From the IMG/VR virus record IMGVR_UViG_2615840601_000001: 64,000 bases of DNA. One strand, given 5' to 3'. The translations under genes and the position numbers were made by a program. Origin of the DNA: a virus. Taxonomy: Duplodnaviria; Caudoviricetes. Position 1 is the stretch's first letter. Each line of letters begins with the position of its first letter. The notes beneath the pieces are model-generated. The model was not told the DNA's origin, searched no databases, and worked only from the letters and a program-made list of their open reading frames with translations. This document shows, piece after piece, positions 1 to 9,051 of the stretch.

Positions 1-1
1 C

Positions 2-826
2 GTTAAGACGAGTTATGACAAAGTCGCCGATGTCGTGCCCTCGACTGGGTCCGAGAATACCTATGCTTGGCTCAAGGACTGGCCCGCTCTTCGTGAATGG
101 ATCGGTGATCGCAAGATCAAGCAGCTTGAAGGCGAGAGTTACCGTCTGGGCAACAAGAAATTCGAAAGCACTGTTGCGATCAATGCCGATGATATCAACG
201 ATGACAAATACGGCATTTATACTCCGCGCTTCAAAGCGATGGGTATTGCGGCCGCGCAGTGGAAAGACCGCCTTGTCTGGCCACTAATGCCTTTGGGTTT
301 TGAAGCCGTTTGTTTTGATGGTCAAAAATTCTTTGATGCTGACCATCCGGTGGGCAGTAAAGAAAATGGCAACTTCACCACCGTTTCAAATATGCAGGCA
401 GGTACGGGCAATCCTTGGTTCCTGCTTGATACCAATCAGGCTTTGAAGCCTTTCATTCTTCAGATGCGCCAAGAGCCTGAATTCAACTCTCTGACCGATG
501 GCGATACGTCTGAGCGTGTCTTTATGCGCGATGAGTATCTCTATGGCGTCAAAGCCCGCGCCAATGGCGGGTTTGCGTTCTGGCAGACAGCTTTCGGCTC
601 CAAGGCTGAATTGAATGCGGCGAATTATGAGGCTGCTCGCCTTGCTATGCTGTCCCTTGAAAATGATGAAGGCGATAAGCTGGGGGTTTTGCCAAATCTC
701 TTGGTCGTTGGTCCATCCAATGAAGCGAAGGCGCGTGCGCTGATCGCCAAAGAGCGCCTTGCGAATGGCGAAGATAACGTTTGGTACAAATCCATTGAGA
801 TCCTCGTCTCACCTTGGCTGAAATAG
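2..826 (+). CDS. Mu-like major head subunit gpT (5' partial)
   Basis: Frame open to window start; motifs LREWIGDR, CFDGQKFFDADHP, YLYGVKARANGGFAFWQ. Confidence 0.92.
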   Translation, partial: VKTSYDKVADVVPSTGSENTYAWLKDWPALREWIGDRKIKQLEGESYRLGNKKFESTVAINADDINDDKYGIYTPRFKAMGIAAAQWKDRLVWPLMPLGFEAVCFDGQKFFDADHPVGSKENGNFTTVSNMQAGTGNPWFLLDTNQALKPFILQMRQEPEFNSLTDGDTSERVFMRDEYLYGVKARANGGFAFWQTAFGSKAELNAANYEAARLAMLSLENDEGDKLGVLPNLLVVGPSNEAKARALIAKERLANGEDNVWYKSIEILVSPWLK

Positions 827-838
827 GAGATCAAACAG

Positions 839-1243
839 ATGCCAATCAAACAGATCTCCATTGTCACCTCCCGCACGCATTGGCGTGCGGGGATGCACTT
901 TGTTCAGGGCAAGCCCAAGCTGCTTGATCTGGACAAGCTTTCCAAAGAGCAAATCAATCAGTTGAACGATGACCAAGAGCTGCTGGTTAAAGAGTTGGAC
1001 GGGGTCGCCGAGCTGTCCAATGAACCATTGGCCCGACCGGAAAGTGTGGCCGAAGTGATCGCAGCCATTCAGGTGGCCGCGCTCAACATGCCATCGGCTG
1101 ACTTTACCAAGGCGGGCAAGCCTCGCGTTGATGAGCTTGAAAAGGCGCTCGGCTGGAAAGCTTCATCGGATGAGATCGAGGCGGCGCTTGATCAAATGAC
1201 CGACGAGCAGAAGGCGCAACTGGCGGCTCTCATTCAAGGCTGA
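839..1243 (+). CDS. Mu gp35/HI1506-like head-associated protein
   Basis: Follows gpT; WRAGMHF motif; C-terminal DFTKAGKPRV segment resembles 46593..46988. Confidence 0.6.
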   Translation: MPIKQISIVTSRTHWRAGMHFVQGKPKLLDLDKLSKEQINQLNDDQELLVKELDGVAELSNEPLARPESVAEVIAAIQVAALNMPSADFTKAGKPRVDELEKALGWKASSDEIEAALDQMTDEQKAQLAALIQG

Positions 1244-1279
1244 TCAGTTCGCTATGGGTGCACTTCTCGTGCGCTTAAA

Positions 1280-1314
1280 TGGGAGGGTCGTTGCTGGTTT
1301 GGCCCTCCCACTTT
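1280..1314 (+). terminator. Intrinsic terminator-like hairpin
   Basis: TGGGAGGGTC...GGCCCTCCCA followed by CTTTT. Confidence 0.6.
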
Positions 1315-1333
1315 TCCTTTTCAAAGGTGCTCC

Positions 1334-1747
1334 ATGTCCTATGCAAGTGTCGATGATTGGCTGCTCTATGAAGCCGCCCACAAAACCATTGCCGATACCG
1401 ATTATGACGGCGAGGCTGACAGGGACGTGATTGAAACCGCCTTGTCTCGTGCTTCAGCCGAGATGGACGGTTGGCTTGCAAGCCGAACCGATACGCCAGT
1501 TACGGACCCAAAATCGGCACCTGTTCTGAAGCACCATTGCACGCTTATCGCGACATATCATCTGGCCAATACAGCCAACACGGTCACGGAAGAAATCGAG
1601 ACCCGTTACAAGGCTTCCCTTTCTTGGCTCAAGAGCGTGTCCGAAGGCAAAAGCAGTTTGCCCATGTCTCCCAATCTGTCCAGTTCTGGGGGCAATGCGT
1701 CGGGCATTGGCGCGACCTTTGTTTTGCCCGAACGGATTTTCAAATGA
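1334..1747 (+). CDS. Mu gp36-like (DUF1320) head-tail connector
   Basis: MSYAS...ASAEMDGWL...RYKASLSWLKSV pattern; synteny. Confidence 0.85.
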   Translation: MSYASVDDWLLYEAAHKTIADTDYDGEADRDVIETALSRASAEMDGWLASRTDTPVTDPKSAPVLKHHCTLIATYHLANTANTVTEEIETRYKASLSWLKSVSEGKSSLPMSPNLSSSGGNASGIGATFVLPERIFK

Positions 1748-2244
1748 GCGGGATTGAGTTTCTGGCCTCACTGGATGCGACGCTGCCCCTGCGGGCCGCA
1801 AGCAAACTGGCCGCCTTGGATGAAGCTGAACTGCTCGATGCCGTCGGCGCGATCGGTGTTAGTCAATCGCAGCGCCGTATCAGCGACGAGCAGGCCGGGC
1901 CGAATGGCGAAGCTTGGCCCGCCCTTAATCCTGAATATGCCAAAGGCAAAAGAGGGGCTGGCGGCATCTTGGAAGGCGAGGGCGACCTAATCACATCAAT
2001 GGATCACGTTGTCGGTTCTGGCGAGGTCAGTTGGGGTTCGCCTCTTGTTTATGCGGCCATTCATCATTTTGGCGGGGTGATCACGCCCAAGAATGCCGAA
2101 AAGCTTGTTTTCCAGTTAGGCGGGCGAACCATCGTCGCAGATGCCGTCACCATCCCCGAACGGCCTTATCTCGGGATCAGCCAAGACAATGCCGCCGAGA
2201 TTGAAGACACAGCCCTCATTTTTATTGCGGAGCCTTTTCAATGA
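1744..2244 (+). CDS. Virion morphogenesis protein (Mu gpG / P2 S-like)
   Basis: ATG at 1744 overlaps gp36 stop; YAAIHHFGG and IPERPYLGIS motifs. Confidence 0.88.
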   Translation: MSGIEFLASLDATLPLRAASKLAALDEAELLDAVGAIGVSQSQRRISDEQAGPNGEAWPALNPEYAKGKRGAGGILEGEGDLITSMDHVVGSGEVSWGSPLVYAAIHHFGGVITPKNAEKLVFQLGGRTIVADAVTIPERPYLGISQDNAAEIEDTALIFIAEPFQ

Positions 2245-2801
2245 GTGAATGGACTAAGCCAACCGGCTACAATGACGTACTGGCATCGATTGTTGCCCGG
2301 ATCGAAACCTCGGGCATCTTCATGCAGGGTGCCAAGATCGAAATGGCTCCGGGAACCTTGACGGAAGGCTGGATAGCAAAAGCCAGTATTCCCAATTCAG
2401 GTGCCGCGTTTGTGGCATTGGGAAAGCTGCTCTCGGTCAAGCGCCGGTCTGATGGCATGCAGGAGCATTTGTTGAACTTGGGCATATTTGCCGCCGCTCC
2501 TTATGGCGGCAGACTTGATCAGGCAAAGAGCCTCAATGATCTGGTGTTCAACCTTACCCGCCTTATTGAGGACAATCGCTTCGAGCTGGTTCAAGCCGGT
2601 AAACCGTCCGGCTTTTCCGGGCGCAATCTGTTTTCCCTTTCCCTTATGAAGAAGGGGTCGGCTCTTTGGGCGCTCGAGTGGAGGCAAAGTTTCATGATGT
2701 TCGATCAAGATGGCCGGCAGCTCGGTGCTCCGGTTTCAAGCCAGCTTGGCCGCGAGACTGAATGGCCAACAAGTTCGGAGCTGGCCAATGTCAGCCCTTG
2801 A
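2241..2801 (+). CDS. Mu gp37-like tail completion protein
   Basis: Synteny; NLFS...ALWALEWRQ motif. Confidence 0.6.
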   Translation: MSEWTKPTGYNDVLASIVARIETSGIFMQGAKIEMAPGTLTEGWIAKASIPNSGAAFVALGKLLSVKRRSDGMQEHLLNLGIFAAAPYGGRLDQAKSLNDLVFNLTRLIEDNRFELVQAGKPSGFSGRNLFSLSLMKKGSALWALEWRQSFMMFDQDGRQLGAPVSSQLGRETEWPTSSELANVSP

Positions 2802-3330
2802 TGCGCTGATTGATGAAATATCCGATCTGAAAGACTGGCGTGCTGAACAAGAACGCAAGTCCAACAACTACGTGCGCAAAGTCCGCATGAAGGAGCGCAA
2901 AGACGGCAAGGTCATCGTCGAAGACGGCTCGGGCTTTGTTAGCGGACCGGTAACCCAAGCCTCTATGACCTCAGGTGAGTGGACCATTGACGCCCCGGCT
3001 AATCCCGGTGCGCAAGGCTTTCTCATTTGCCCCGATGGTGAGACCGAGGGCGGCGCATTCTTTCCTTGCCTGCCAAACGACAATCATCCTCATGCCAGCA
3101 CTGAACAAGGGACTTTGCGGCTCAAGGGTCCAGCCGGGGCCGAGATTGAAATTGCCGGTGGGGTGGCAACGCTGAAAGGCGTCAAGGTGGTCATTGATCC
3201 CGAAACACATTTGGCCGGTAAAGGCGGACCAGCGGTCGCCCGCGTTGGCGATATGGTCGACGTAAAATTTGGATCTTCAAAGGGGCTTCACCCGATCATT
3301 CAAGGCTCTTCAAAAGTCTTTGCCAACTGA
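2788..3330 (+). CDS. Baseplate spike (gpV/gp45-like)
   Basis: Likely ATG 2788; C-terminus AVARVGD...GSSKVFA shared with 55299..55832. Confidence 0.75.
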   Translation: MSALDALIDEISDLKDWRAEQERKSNNYVRKVRMKERKDGKVIVEDGSGFVSGPVTQASMTSGEWTIDAPANPGAQGFLICPDGETEGGAFFPCLPNDNHPHASTEQGTLRLKGPAGAEIEIAGGVATLKGVKVVIDPETHLAGKGGPAVARVGDMVDVKFGSSKGLHPIIQGSSKVFAN

Positions 3331-3370
3331 TATCTGATACCGGCTTTAGCCAATCACGCTCGCGCATAGT
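3327..3370 (+). promoter_or_regulatory. Putative late promoter of prophage 1
   Basis: CTGATATCTGATACCGGCT (3327-3345) recurs exactly at 8978-8996; -10-like CATAGT at 3365. Confidence 0.55.
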
Positions 3371-3415
3371 TGAGGCGACTTCAAACGCAACTCAACTGTT
3401 TCTCGAACGAGGTTT

Positions 3416-3625
3416 GTGATGGCGACAAAAGCAAAAGATCCGGGCAAGAAAACCTACATTGTCCAGCAGCGCGGCCCGGTGCTTGATGATCAGATCAAGG
3501 AAAAGGGCTCCGAGATTGAAGCCCACCCCAATCAAGTTACCTTTTTGTTGCTCAACGGCACTCTGACCGAAAAGCCTTCTGTCGCAGATAAAGCCAAAGC
3601 AACCGCAAAAACCGCTGAGAAATAG
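3416..3625 (+). CDS. Small hypothetical tail-region protein
   Basis: RBS GAGG; fits operon. Confidence 0.6.
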   Translation: MMATKAKDPGKKTYIVQQRGPVLDDQIKEKGSEIEAHPNQVTFLLLNGTLTEKPSVADKAKATAKTAEK

Positions 3626-3633
3626 GGGGCGGT

Positions 3634-4002
3634 ATGTCGGGCTATGACGCACGAACAGGCAAGCCGCTCGAGGGCGACGCACGCATTGTGCAATCCATCG
3701 GCCGACTGATTGTCACCAATGGCGATCTCGTCATGCGGCGCGATCTGGCTTGCGCCCTGCCTGATCTTATCGATGCCCCCGGAAATGACGTGGTGAGGAT
3801 GCTCTATTGCGCGGCGGTTGCCACGGCTATTCATGAAGGGGAGAGCCGAGCAAATTTGCGAACCCTGAAGGTCGTTGCCCCTGACGAGGCAAGCGACTTG
3901 AACGCCGCTTTGTTGGTCGCAGACGGTCAGAGCGTTCTTGTCCTTGATGCGGTGAGCCTTGAGACAGGAAAGGCTCTTAACTTCGGTGAGCTGGTGTCAT
4001 GA
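3634..4002 (+). CDS. Baseplate wedge gpW/gp25-like
   Basis: G.DARTGKPL...QSI...VMRRD motif; precedes gpJ. Confidence 0.8.
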   Translation: MSGYDARTGKPLEGDARIVQSIGRLIVTNGDLVMRRDLACALPDLIDAPGNDVVRMLYCAAVATAIHEGESRANLRTLKVVAPDEASDLNAALLVADGQSVLVLDAVSLETGKALNFGELVS

Positions 4003-4868
4003 GCAAGTATGATGACCTGATTGATTTGAGCAAGCTTGGCCCGCCTAAGCTGGTGGACTTGTCCGGTTATGACGCTCAGCTCTCGGCCCTGATGGCGGCA
4101 TACAAGCTACGATACCCGGATTTTGAAGACGAAACGGAATTTGAGCCGGTAAAGGCTCACTTTGGCGTTGATGCTTGGCTTGCAGACAATGTACGCGACA
4201 GGATCAATGAAGCGGGCAAGGCAACGCTGCTCGCCAGCGCGGGCGGTTCAGACCTTGAGGTGATTGGTTGGAGCCGGAATGTTGAGCGCAAGGTCATTGA
4301 TGAGGACGCGGGCATCTATGAGGATGACGATGACTTGCGCGAGCGCATTCACATGGCCCCGGAAAGCTGGTCGACGGCTGGGCCTCAAGGCGGATATGAA
4401 TTCTGGGCGGAAACGGTTGAGGCCGTCAAAGACGCACAAGCGATCAGCCCTTCACCGGCCGTGGTTGAAATCTATGTTGTCGGGCATGACACATCAGTCC
4501 CGGCTACGGAAGGCTTGCTGGCAGACGTAACCGCTGCAATCTCGGCAGACAACCGCCGCCCGATCGCCGATCGTGTGAGCGTTCATAGCGCGGACATCGT
4601 TCCTTATGATCTGGTTGCAACCATCAAGGTTCAATCCGGCCCCAGCCCTGACGTCATTCAAGCTGAAGCTGAAAAGGCGCTTGCCGCTTATCAGGAAAGC
4701 CGGGCCTATATCGGCAAAAGTCTGCCTGCGTCGGCACTCTATGCGGCTTTGACGGTCGCCGGTGCTGAAGAGGTTAGCTTGTCGCCAGCAGAAGGCGTTA
4801 CCGTTACGCAAACACAGATTGCGCACTGCAATTCGGTGACGATCAATGTGGAGGTGATCAATGTATGA
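3999..4868 (+). CDS. Baseplate J-like protein
   Basis: IDLSKL.PP, EDDDDLRERI...STAGP.GGYEFWA, RPIADRV. Confidence 0.92.
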   Translation: MSKYDDLIDLSKLGPPKLVDLSGYDAQLSALMAAYKLRYPDFEDETEFEPVKAHFGVDAWLADNVRDRINEAGKATLLASAGGSDLEVIGWSRNVERKVIDEDAGIYEDDDDLRERIHMAPESWSTAGPQGGYEFWAETVEAVKDAQAISPSPAVVEIYVVGHDTSVPATEGLLADVTAAISADNRRPIADRVSVHSADIVPYDLVATIKVQSGPSPDVIQAEAEKALAAYQESRAYIGKSLPASALYAALTVAGAEEVSLSPAEGVTVTQTQIAHCNSVTINVEVINV

Positions 4869-5688
4869 CGCTTCCAAGCATTTGCCGCTTTATGCATCCG
4901 ATCATGAATTGCGGGTGTCATCTGTCAGCTTTTTGATGGATGACATCGAGGCGGCGATCATTGCCCTGTCGAAAGAAAAGAACCCGGCTGAATGCCGCGC
5001 CGAGATCCTGCCTTGGCTTGCCTATGAAGCAAGTGCCGATTTTTGGGATCCTGCATGGTTCGAAGACACACGTCGAACGGTTATCGCTGCTCAATGGGAA
5101 ATCCACCGTCACAAGGGCACGCCTTACGCATTGAACTATGCGCTCGATATGGTCGGCCTTGAAAGCAATCTGGTTGAGTGGTGGCAGATGGAGCCACCCG
5201 GCGTCCCCGGTACGTTTGAGGTTACCGCTTGGTTGGCCAAGCCGGTTTATGATCGCGAGATTGATCATATCGAAAGACTGACCTCGATTGCGCATCAAGC
5301 CATAACGCGCACCAAGCCTCTGTCCCGGCATTATAGCTTGCGTTTGGCTTTGCGTTCGTGGCTTTCAATCGTTCCTCACTCGGCTTTGCAGGATCTTCAA
5401 AAGGTCAAGATCCTGCCACCCATGGCGACGGACCTCAGTAGCACCATGAAGATGGTGATGGCGGGCTGCGCCTCGACCGGTGAATTGGTCCGGATCAAGC
5501 CAAAGCAGACCACCGCGATCTATGACGCCATGTCACTGGCCTTTGGAGGCTCGACATCGGTTGGCGAAGTGATCCGTCTTTATCCTCCAACAGCGTCCGG
5601 CCTTGAAAGCCAAGCGTCCTATCACCTTGCTATCGGGGTCCGCCCGGCCAACCCAATTGTGACCATCTTGCCGGAGGGGCATGCATGA
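4861..5688 (+). CDS. P2 gpI-like tail protein
   Basis: LPWLAYE...W..AW...IHRHKGT, EWWQ motifs. Confidence 0.88.
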   Translation: MYDASKHLPLYASDHELRVSSVSFLMDDIEAAIIALSKEKNPAECRAEILPWLAYEASADFWDPAWFEDTRRTVIAAQWEIHRHKGTPYALNYALDMVGLESNLVEWWQMEPPGVPGTFEVTAWLAKPVYDREIDHIERLTSIAHQAITRTKPLSRHYSLRLALRSWLSIVPHSALQDLQKVKILPPMATDLSSTMKMVMAGCASTGELVRIKPKQTTAIYDAMSLAFGGSTSVGEVIRLYPPTASGLESQASYHLAIGVRPANPIVTILPEGHA

Positions 5689-6782
5689 CGACCTACTCAA
5701 CGCGCCTGACCAATGCCGGGGCGATTGCCCTCAATGAGGCAATCACCGGCGACACCGCCATCGCCTTGGATGTGCTGGCTGTTGGCGATGCCAACGGCGC
5801 GGACTATGTGCCAGACGGCAGCGAGGCCGCCCTGATCAACGAACAATACCGCCTACCACTGGCCTCGATCATTCCTCATCCAGTTAATGCGGATTGGTTG
5901 GTTCTGGAAGCCATTTTGCCGCCCGATGTTGGTGGCTGGTGGATCCGTGAGGTCGGGATCTATGATGACAATGGCGACCTGTTTGCCATCGCCAATTTCC
6001 CACCAACATACAAGGCTGTGGCAGTCGACGGCGCAACGTCAAGCCTCACCATTCAGATTGTTCTTCAGGTGTCTGATAGCAATGCGCTGACCTTGTCAGT
6101 TGATGCACAGGAGGGCTATGCCACGCAGAGTTTTGTGGAGGCGGGGCTTAGCGGCAAGGCCGATAACGACCATACCCATGATGATCGTTATTACACAGAA
6201 ACTGAGATAGACACCAAGCTGATAGCCAAAGCCCCAGCCTCTCATTCTCATGATAACCTTTACTATACTGAGGCCGAAATTGACGCCAAATTGGCGGGAA
6301 AGGCCGCGACCAGTCATACTCACGATGGTCGCTATTACACGGAAACAGAGATGGACAGCAAACTGGCCGGTAAAGCCGCCGCCAGTCATACTCATCCTGT
6401 CGGACAGATCAGCGGCATCAATGGTAATTTCGATCTCGCCAATGGCCTCTTTGGTGGCAAATCACCAAGTGAGTTGACCGGAATATTTGCTTGGGTGTCT
6501 TTCAATGGTGCCTCTGGTGCTGTGCTGGGAAGCAGCGGTGTCAGTTCTGTCACCAAGAATGGCACAGGTGACTTCACAGTTAACTTCTCGGCTGCAGCGG
6601 CCTCTACGGGCTACGCAGTAGTGGCTCTTGCGGGCAGAACAGGCACAGATGGAAACATCAATGCTGCTTTGTGGCCCGGTTCTTCGAAGAGCATGTGGGG
6701 TGTTCGCCTTTCCATCCAAGTTTCGTCAAACGCGGTTCGTGAAAACACCGCGATTGTCGACGTTCTGATTATTGGCGGGTGA
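5685..6782 (+). CDS. Tail fibre 1 (P2 gpH-like N-terminus)
   Basis: LTNAG...AVGDANG...VGGWWIREVG N-terminal domain; His-x-His repeats. Confidence 0.88.
   Translation: MTTYSTRLTNAGAIALNEAITGDTAIALDVLAVGDANGADYVPDGSEAALINEQYRLPLASIIPHPVNADWLVLEAILPPDVGGWWIREVGIYDDNGDLFAIANFPPTYKAVAVDGATSSLTIQIVLQVSDSNALTLSVDAQEGYATQSFVEAGLSGKADNDHTHDDRYYTETEIDTKLIAKAPASHSHDNLYYTEAEIDAKLAGKAATSHTHDGRYYTETEMDSKLAGKAAASHTHPVGQISGINGNFDLANGLFGGKSPSELTGIFAWVSFNGASGAVLGSSGVSSVTKNGTGDFTVNFSAAAASTGYAVVALAGRTGTDGNINAALWPGSSKSMWGVRLSIQVSSNAVRENTAIVDVLIIGG
6150..6400 (+). repeat. About 3 tandem 72-bp (24-aa) repeats, KA..SHTHD.RYYTETE.D.KL
   Basis: Visible in translation of fibre 1. Confidence 0.8.
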
Positions 6783-6783
6783 T

Positions 6784-7242
6784 ATGACAGAAGAATGCAT
6801 CGTCTATAAAGACAACAATGGCCTGGCTCTTGTTATGCCCTCTGGTGAAGTGGCCGACGCCCTTAAGGATATTCCTACAGGTGCTACCCACCGGACTCTG
6901 GCCATTGATAACCTGCCGGAGCACCCTATTGATATTTGGGGTGAGGCATATTTGGCTACAGGCCTCATGCCTGCATTGGGCGAGCATGTGCCGCTCATCC
7001 CCCTTGCTCCTATCACTCGAAAACAGATGATTGATGTGCTGATCGACCATAATTTGGACGAGGCGGTCGAGCCAGCTCTTGAAGCAATTGAAGATGTTAC
7101 GGAGCGCAAGAAAGCCCTCAATGCCTGGCAAAACGCCACTCAGTATGAGCCAGACCATGCGCTGATATTGCAAATGAAGACCACCCTCAATCTCACCGAC
7201 GAAGAATTTCAGACCATGTGGCGTGAAGCCATGGTGCTTTAA
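6784..7242 (+). CDS. Tail fibre assembly/chaperone-like protein
   Basis: Follows fibre; C-terminal domain paralogous to 8520..8954 and 59723..60148. Confidence 0.7.
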   Translation: MTEECIVYKDNNGLALVMPSGEVADALKDIPTGATHRTLAIDNLPEHPIDIWGEAYLATGLMPALGEHVPLIPLAPITRKQMIDVLIDHNLDEAVEPALEAIEDVTERKKALNAWQNATQYEPDHALILQMKTTLNLTDEEFQTMWREAMVL

Positions 7243-7251
7243 CGGAGCTGA

Positions 7252-8517
7252 ATGATGACTGCCGCAACTTACTATACCCGCCTCACCAATATCGGCTCCA
7301 ATGCCCTCAGCGCGGCCATTACCGGTGGCGCTTCGGTTTCTCTGACCCATCTTGCTGTGGGAGACGCCGATGGTTCTAGCTATGATCCAGACGGAACGGA
7401 AACCAATCTGGTGCACGAGACACATCGGCTCAATATCACGTCTATCACGCCAGACGTTCAGAACCCGGCTTGGCTGATTGTCGAGGCAATTCTCCCGCCT
7501 GACGTGGGTGGGTGGTGGATCCGCGAGGCAGGCCTGTTTGACGCCAATGGGGCAATGTTCGCCATCGCCAAATATCCGCCAACCTACAAGGCCATCCTTA
7601 CGGATGGCACCGCCTCGACGCTCACGATCCAGATCGTCCTGCAGGTCACCAATACCGATAGCATTCAGTTGGTGGTCAACCCTCTTGACGGCTACGCCTC
7701 CCAAAACTGGGTTATATCCTCCTATCCATGGGCCAACGAAGAAGAAGTGGTAGACGCGGCGATTGAAAAGAAGCTGGTGGATCCAAAACGTTTGGCAGCC
7801 GCATTGTCACAACTCTCCTTTGCAAGGCCTGAGGATTTAACGTCCTTGTCTGAGGCAATTGATCTTGCGTTGGAAGGCAAAGCAGCACGCAATCATAACC
7901 ATGCCGGGGTTTATGCGCTGGCAGCCCATAACCACGACGGTGCCTATGCGTCGATCAATCACGCTCATGATCTTCTATATGCCGCCAAAAGCCATGGTCA
8001 CCAGATCAGCGAAATCAGCGGCATCAATGGCATTTTCGATTTGGCAAATGGTTTGATCGATGGCCGGTTGCCGAGCCAATTAGGCGGGGGACCTGCCGCT
8101 TCGATTACGCACGAGATGGCCAATGGAGTTGACGGAGGCTGGCTTTACGCTGGCTCTTGGCAAGTGAGGCCCTACAACACGGAAGATGATCCATTTGGAT
8201 TGATCTCACTGGCCAACAACAGCTTCACGCCAGCAGCCGACCTGTATATGAGTGGATGGGCTTCTATCAACGATACCGCTCAGACCTCCTCGCGGGTTTT
8301 TTGTGTAACAGATAATGCGGTTGTTGCCGTTGGATCAGGCGGGCATTCCAACCCGACCTATTATTGCACCTCGCACACCTTTTTCTCCGCGAAGCTTACG
8401 GCAGGAAAAACCTATCGCATCGAGATGCGTGGGGCGGAAACCTCTGTTGGCTTCGGGGTTTCCATGGTGTTGGGGCAAACTGAGCTTTATTCTCAAATCG
8501 ATTTCTGGAGGCGATAA
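7252..8517 (+). CDS. Tail fibre 2
   Basis: Same N-terminal family as fibre 1, different C-terminal head; homologous to 60158..61408. Confidence 0.88.
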   Translation: MMTAATYYTRLTNIGSNALSAAITGGASVSLTHLAVGDADGSSYDPDGTETNLVHETHRLNITSITPDVQNPAWLIVEAILPPDVGGWWIREAGLFDANGAMFAIAKYPPTYKAILTDGTASTLTIQIVLQVTNTDSIQLVVNPLDGYASQNWVISSYPWANEEEVVDAAIEKKLVDPKRLAAALSQLSFARPEDLTSLSEAIDLALEGKAARNHNHAGVYALAAHNHDGAYASINHAHDLLYAAKSHGHQISEISGINGIFDLANGLIDGRLPSQLGGGPAASITHEMANGVDGGWLYAGSWQVRPYNTEDDPFGLISLANNSFTPAADLYMSGWASINDTAQTSSRVFCVTDNAVVAVGSGGHSNPTYYCTSHTFFSAKLTAGKTYRIEMRGAETSVGFGVSMVLGQTELYSQIDFWRR

Positions 8518-8519
8518 AA

Positions 8520-8954
8520 ATGGTTGTTCTGATCAACGACGACCGCGTGATCCAACATGTTTGGAAGCATAAGACGATTAAGGATTTGGTAGAAATCCTA
8601 AACGGCACTGAAGGCTTTTCGAAAGAGAACCTACTCGAGATGGATGGCGTGCCAGGTCAGATCGTCAATGAAGATGGGTCTTTGCGTAACCCTGCACCGG
8701 GGCCGGTGCGGCTCGCTCCTATCACCCGCAAGCAGTTGATTGATGTGCTGATCAACCATGAATTGGATGAGACGGTCGAGCCTGCTCTTGAGGCCATCGC
8801 AGATGGCAAAGAGCGCAAGAAAGCGCTGAATGCTTGGCGGAACGCATCGATCTACAAGCCGGATCATGATCTTATCGGGCATATGAAGGCAGCTCTTGAT
8901 CTTACCGAGGACCAATTCGCAGCCATGTGGCGAGAAGCCATGGTGCTTGAATAG
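8520..8954 (+). CDS. Tail fibre assembly/chaperone-like protein
   Basis: LAPITRKQ...MWREAMVL domain shared with 6784..7242. Confidence 0.7.
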   Translation: MVVLINDDRVIQHVWKHKTIKDLVEILNGTEGFSKENLLEMDGVPGQIVNEDGSLRNPAPGPVRLAPITRKQLIDVLINHELDETVEPALEAIADGKERKKALNAWRNASIYKPDHDLIGHMKAALDLTEDQFAAMWREAMVLE

Positions 8955-8977
8955 GGAGCAAAAACTCATCCCTTTAC

Positions 8978-9047
8978 CTGATATCTGATACCGGCTCACG
9001 GTCTCGCTCCTTGCGGTTAACTGGATGTAGTTAACCGCAAGGAGCGA
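8978..9047 (+). promoter_or_regulatory. Late-promoter motif plus perfect 19-bp hairpin covering the sheath RBS
   Basis: Arms 9004-9022 and 9029-9047 are exact reverse complements; AAGGAG at 9039-9044. Confidence 0.7.
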
Positions 9048-9051
9048 AAGC

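Noticed and set aside
7252-8517. DGR TR/VR pair between the fibre-2 copies
   Set aside because: Both are full genes and mismatches are spread over all bases, often synonymous, not adenine-specific
5685-8954. Mu G-type invertible segment
   Set aside because: All fibre genes are co-oriented; no serine invertase or flanking inverted repeats seen
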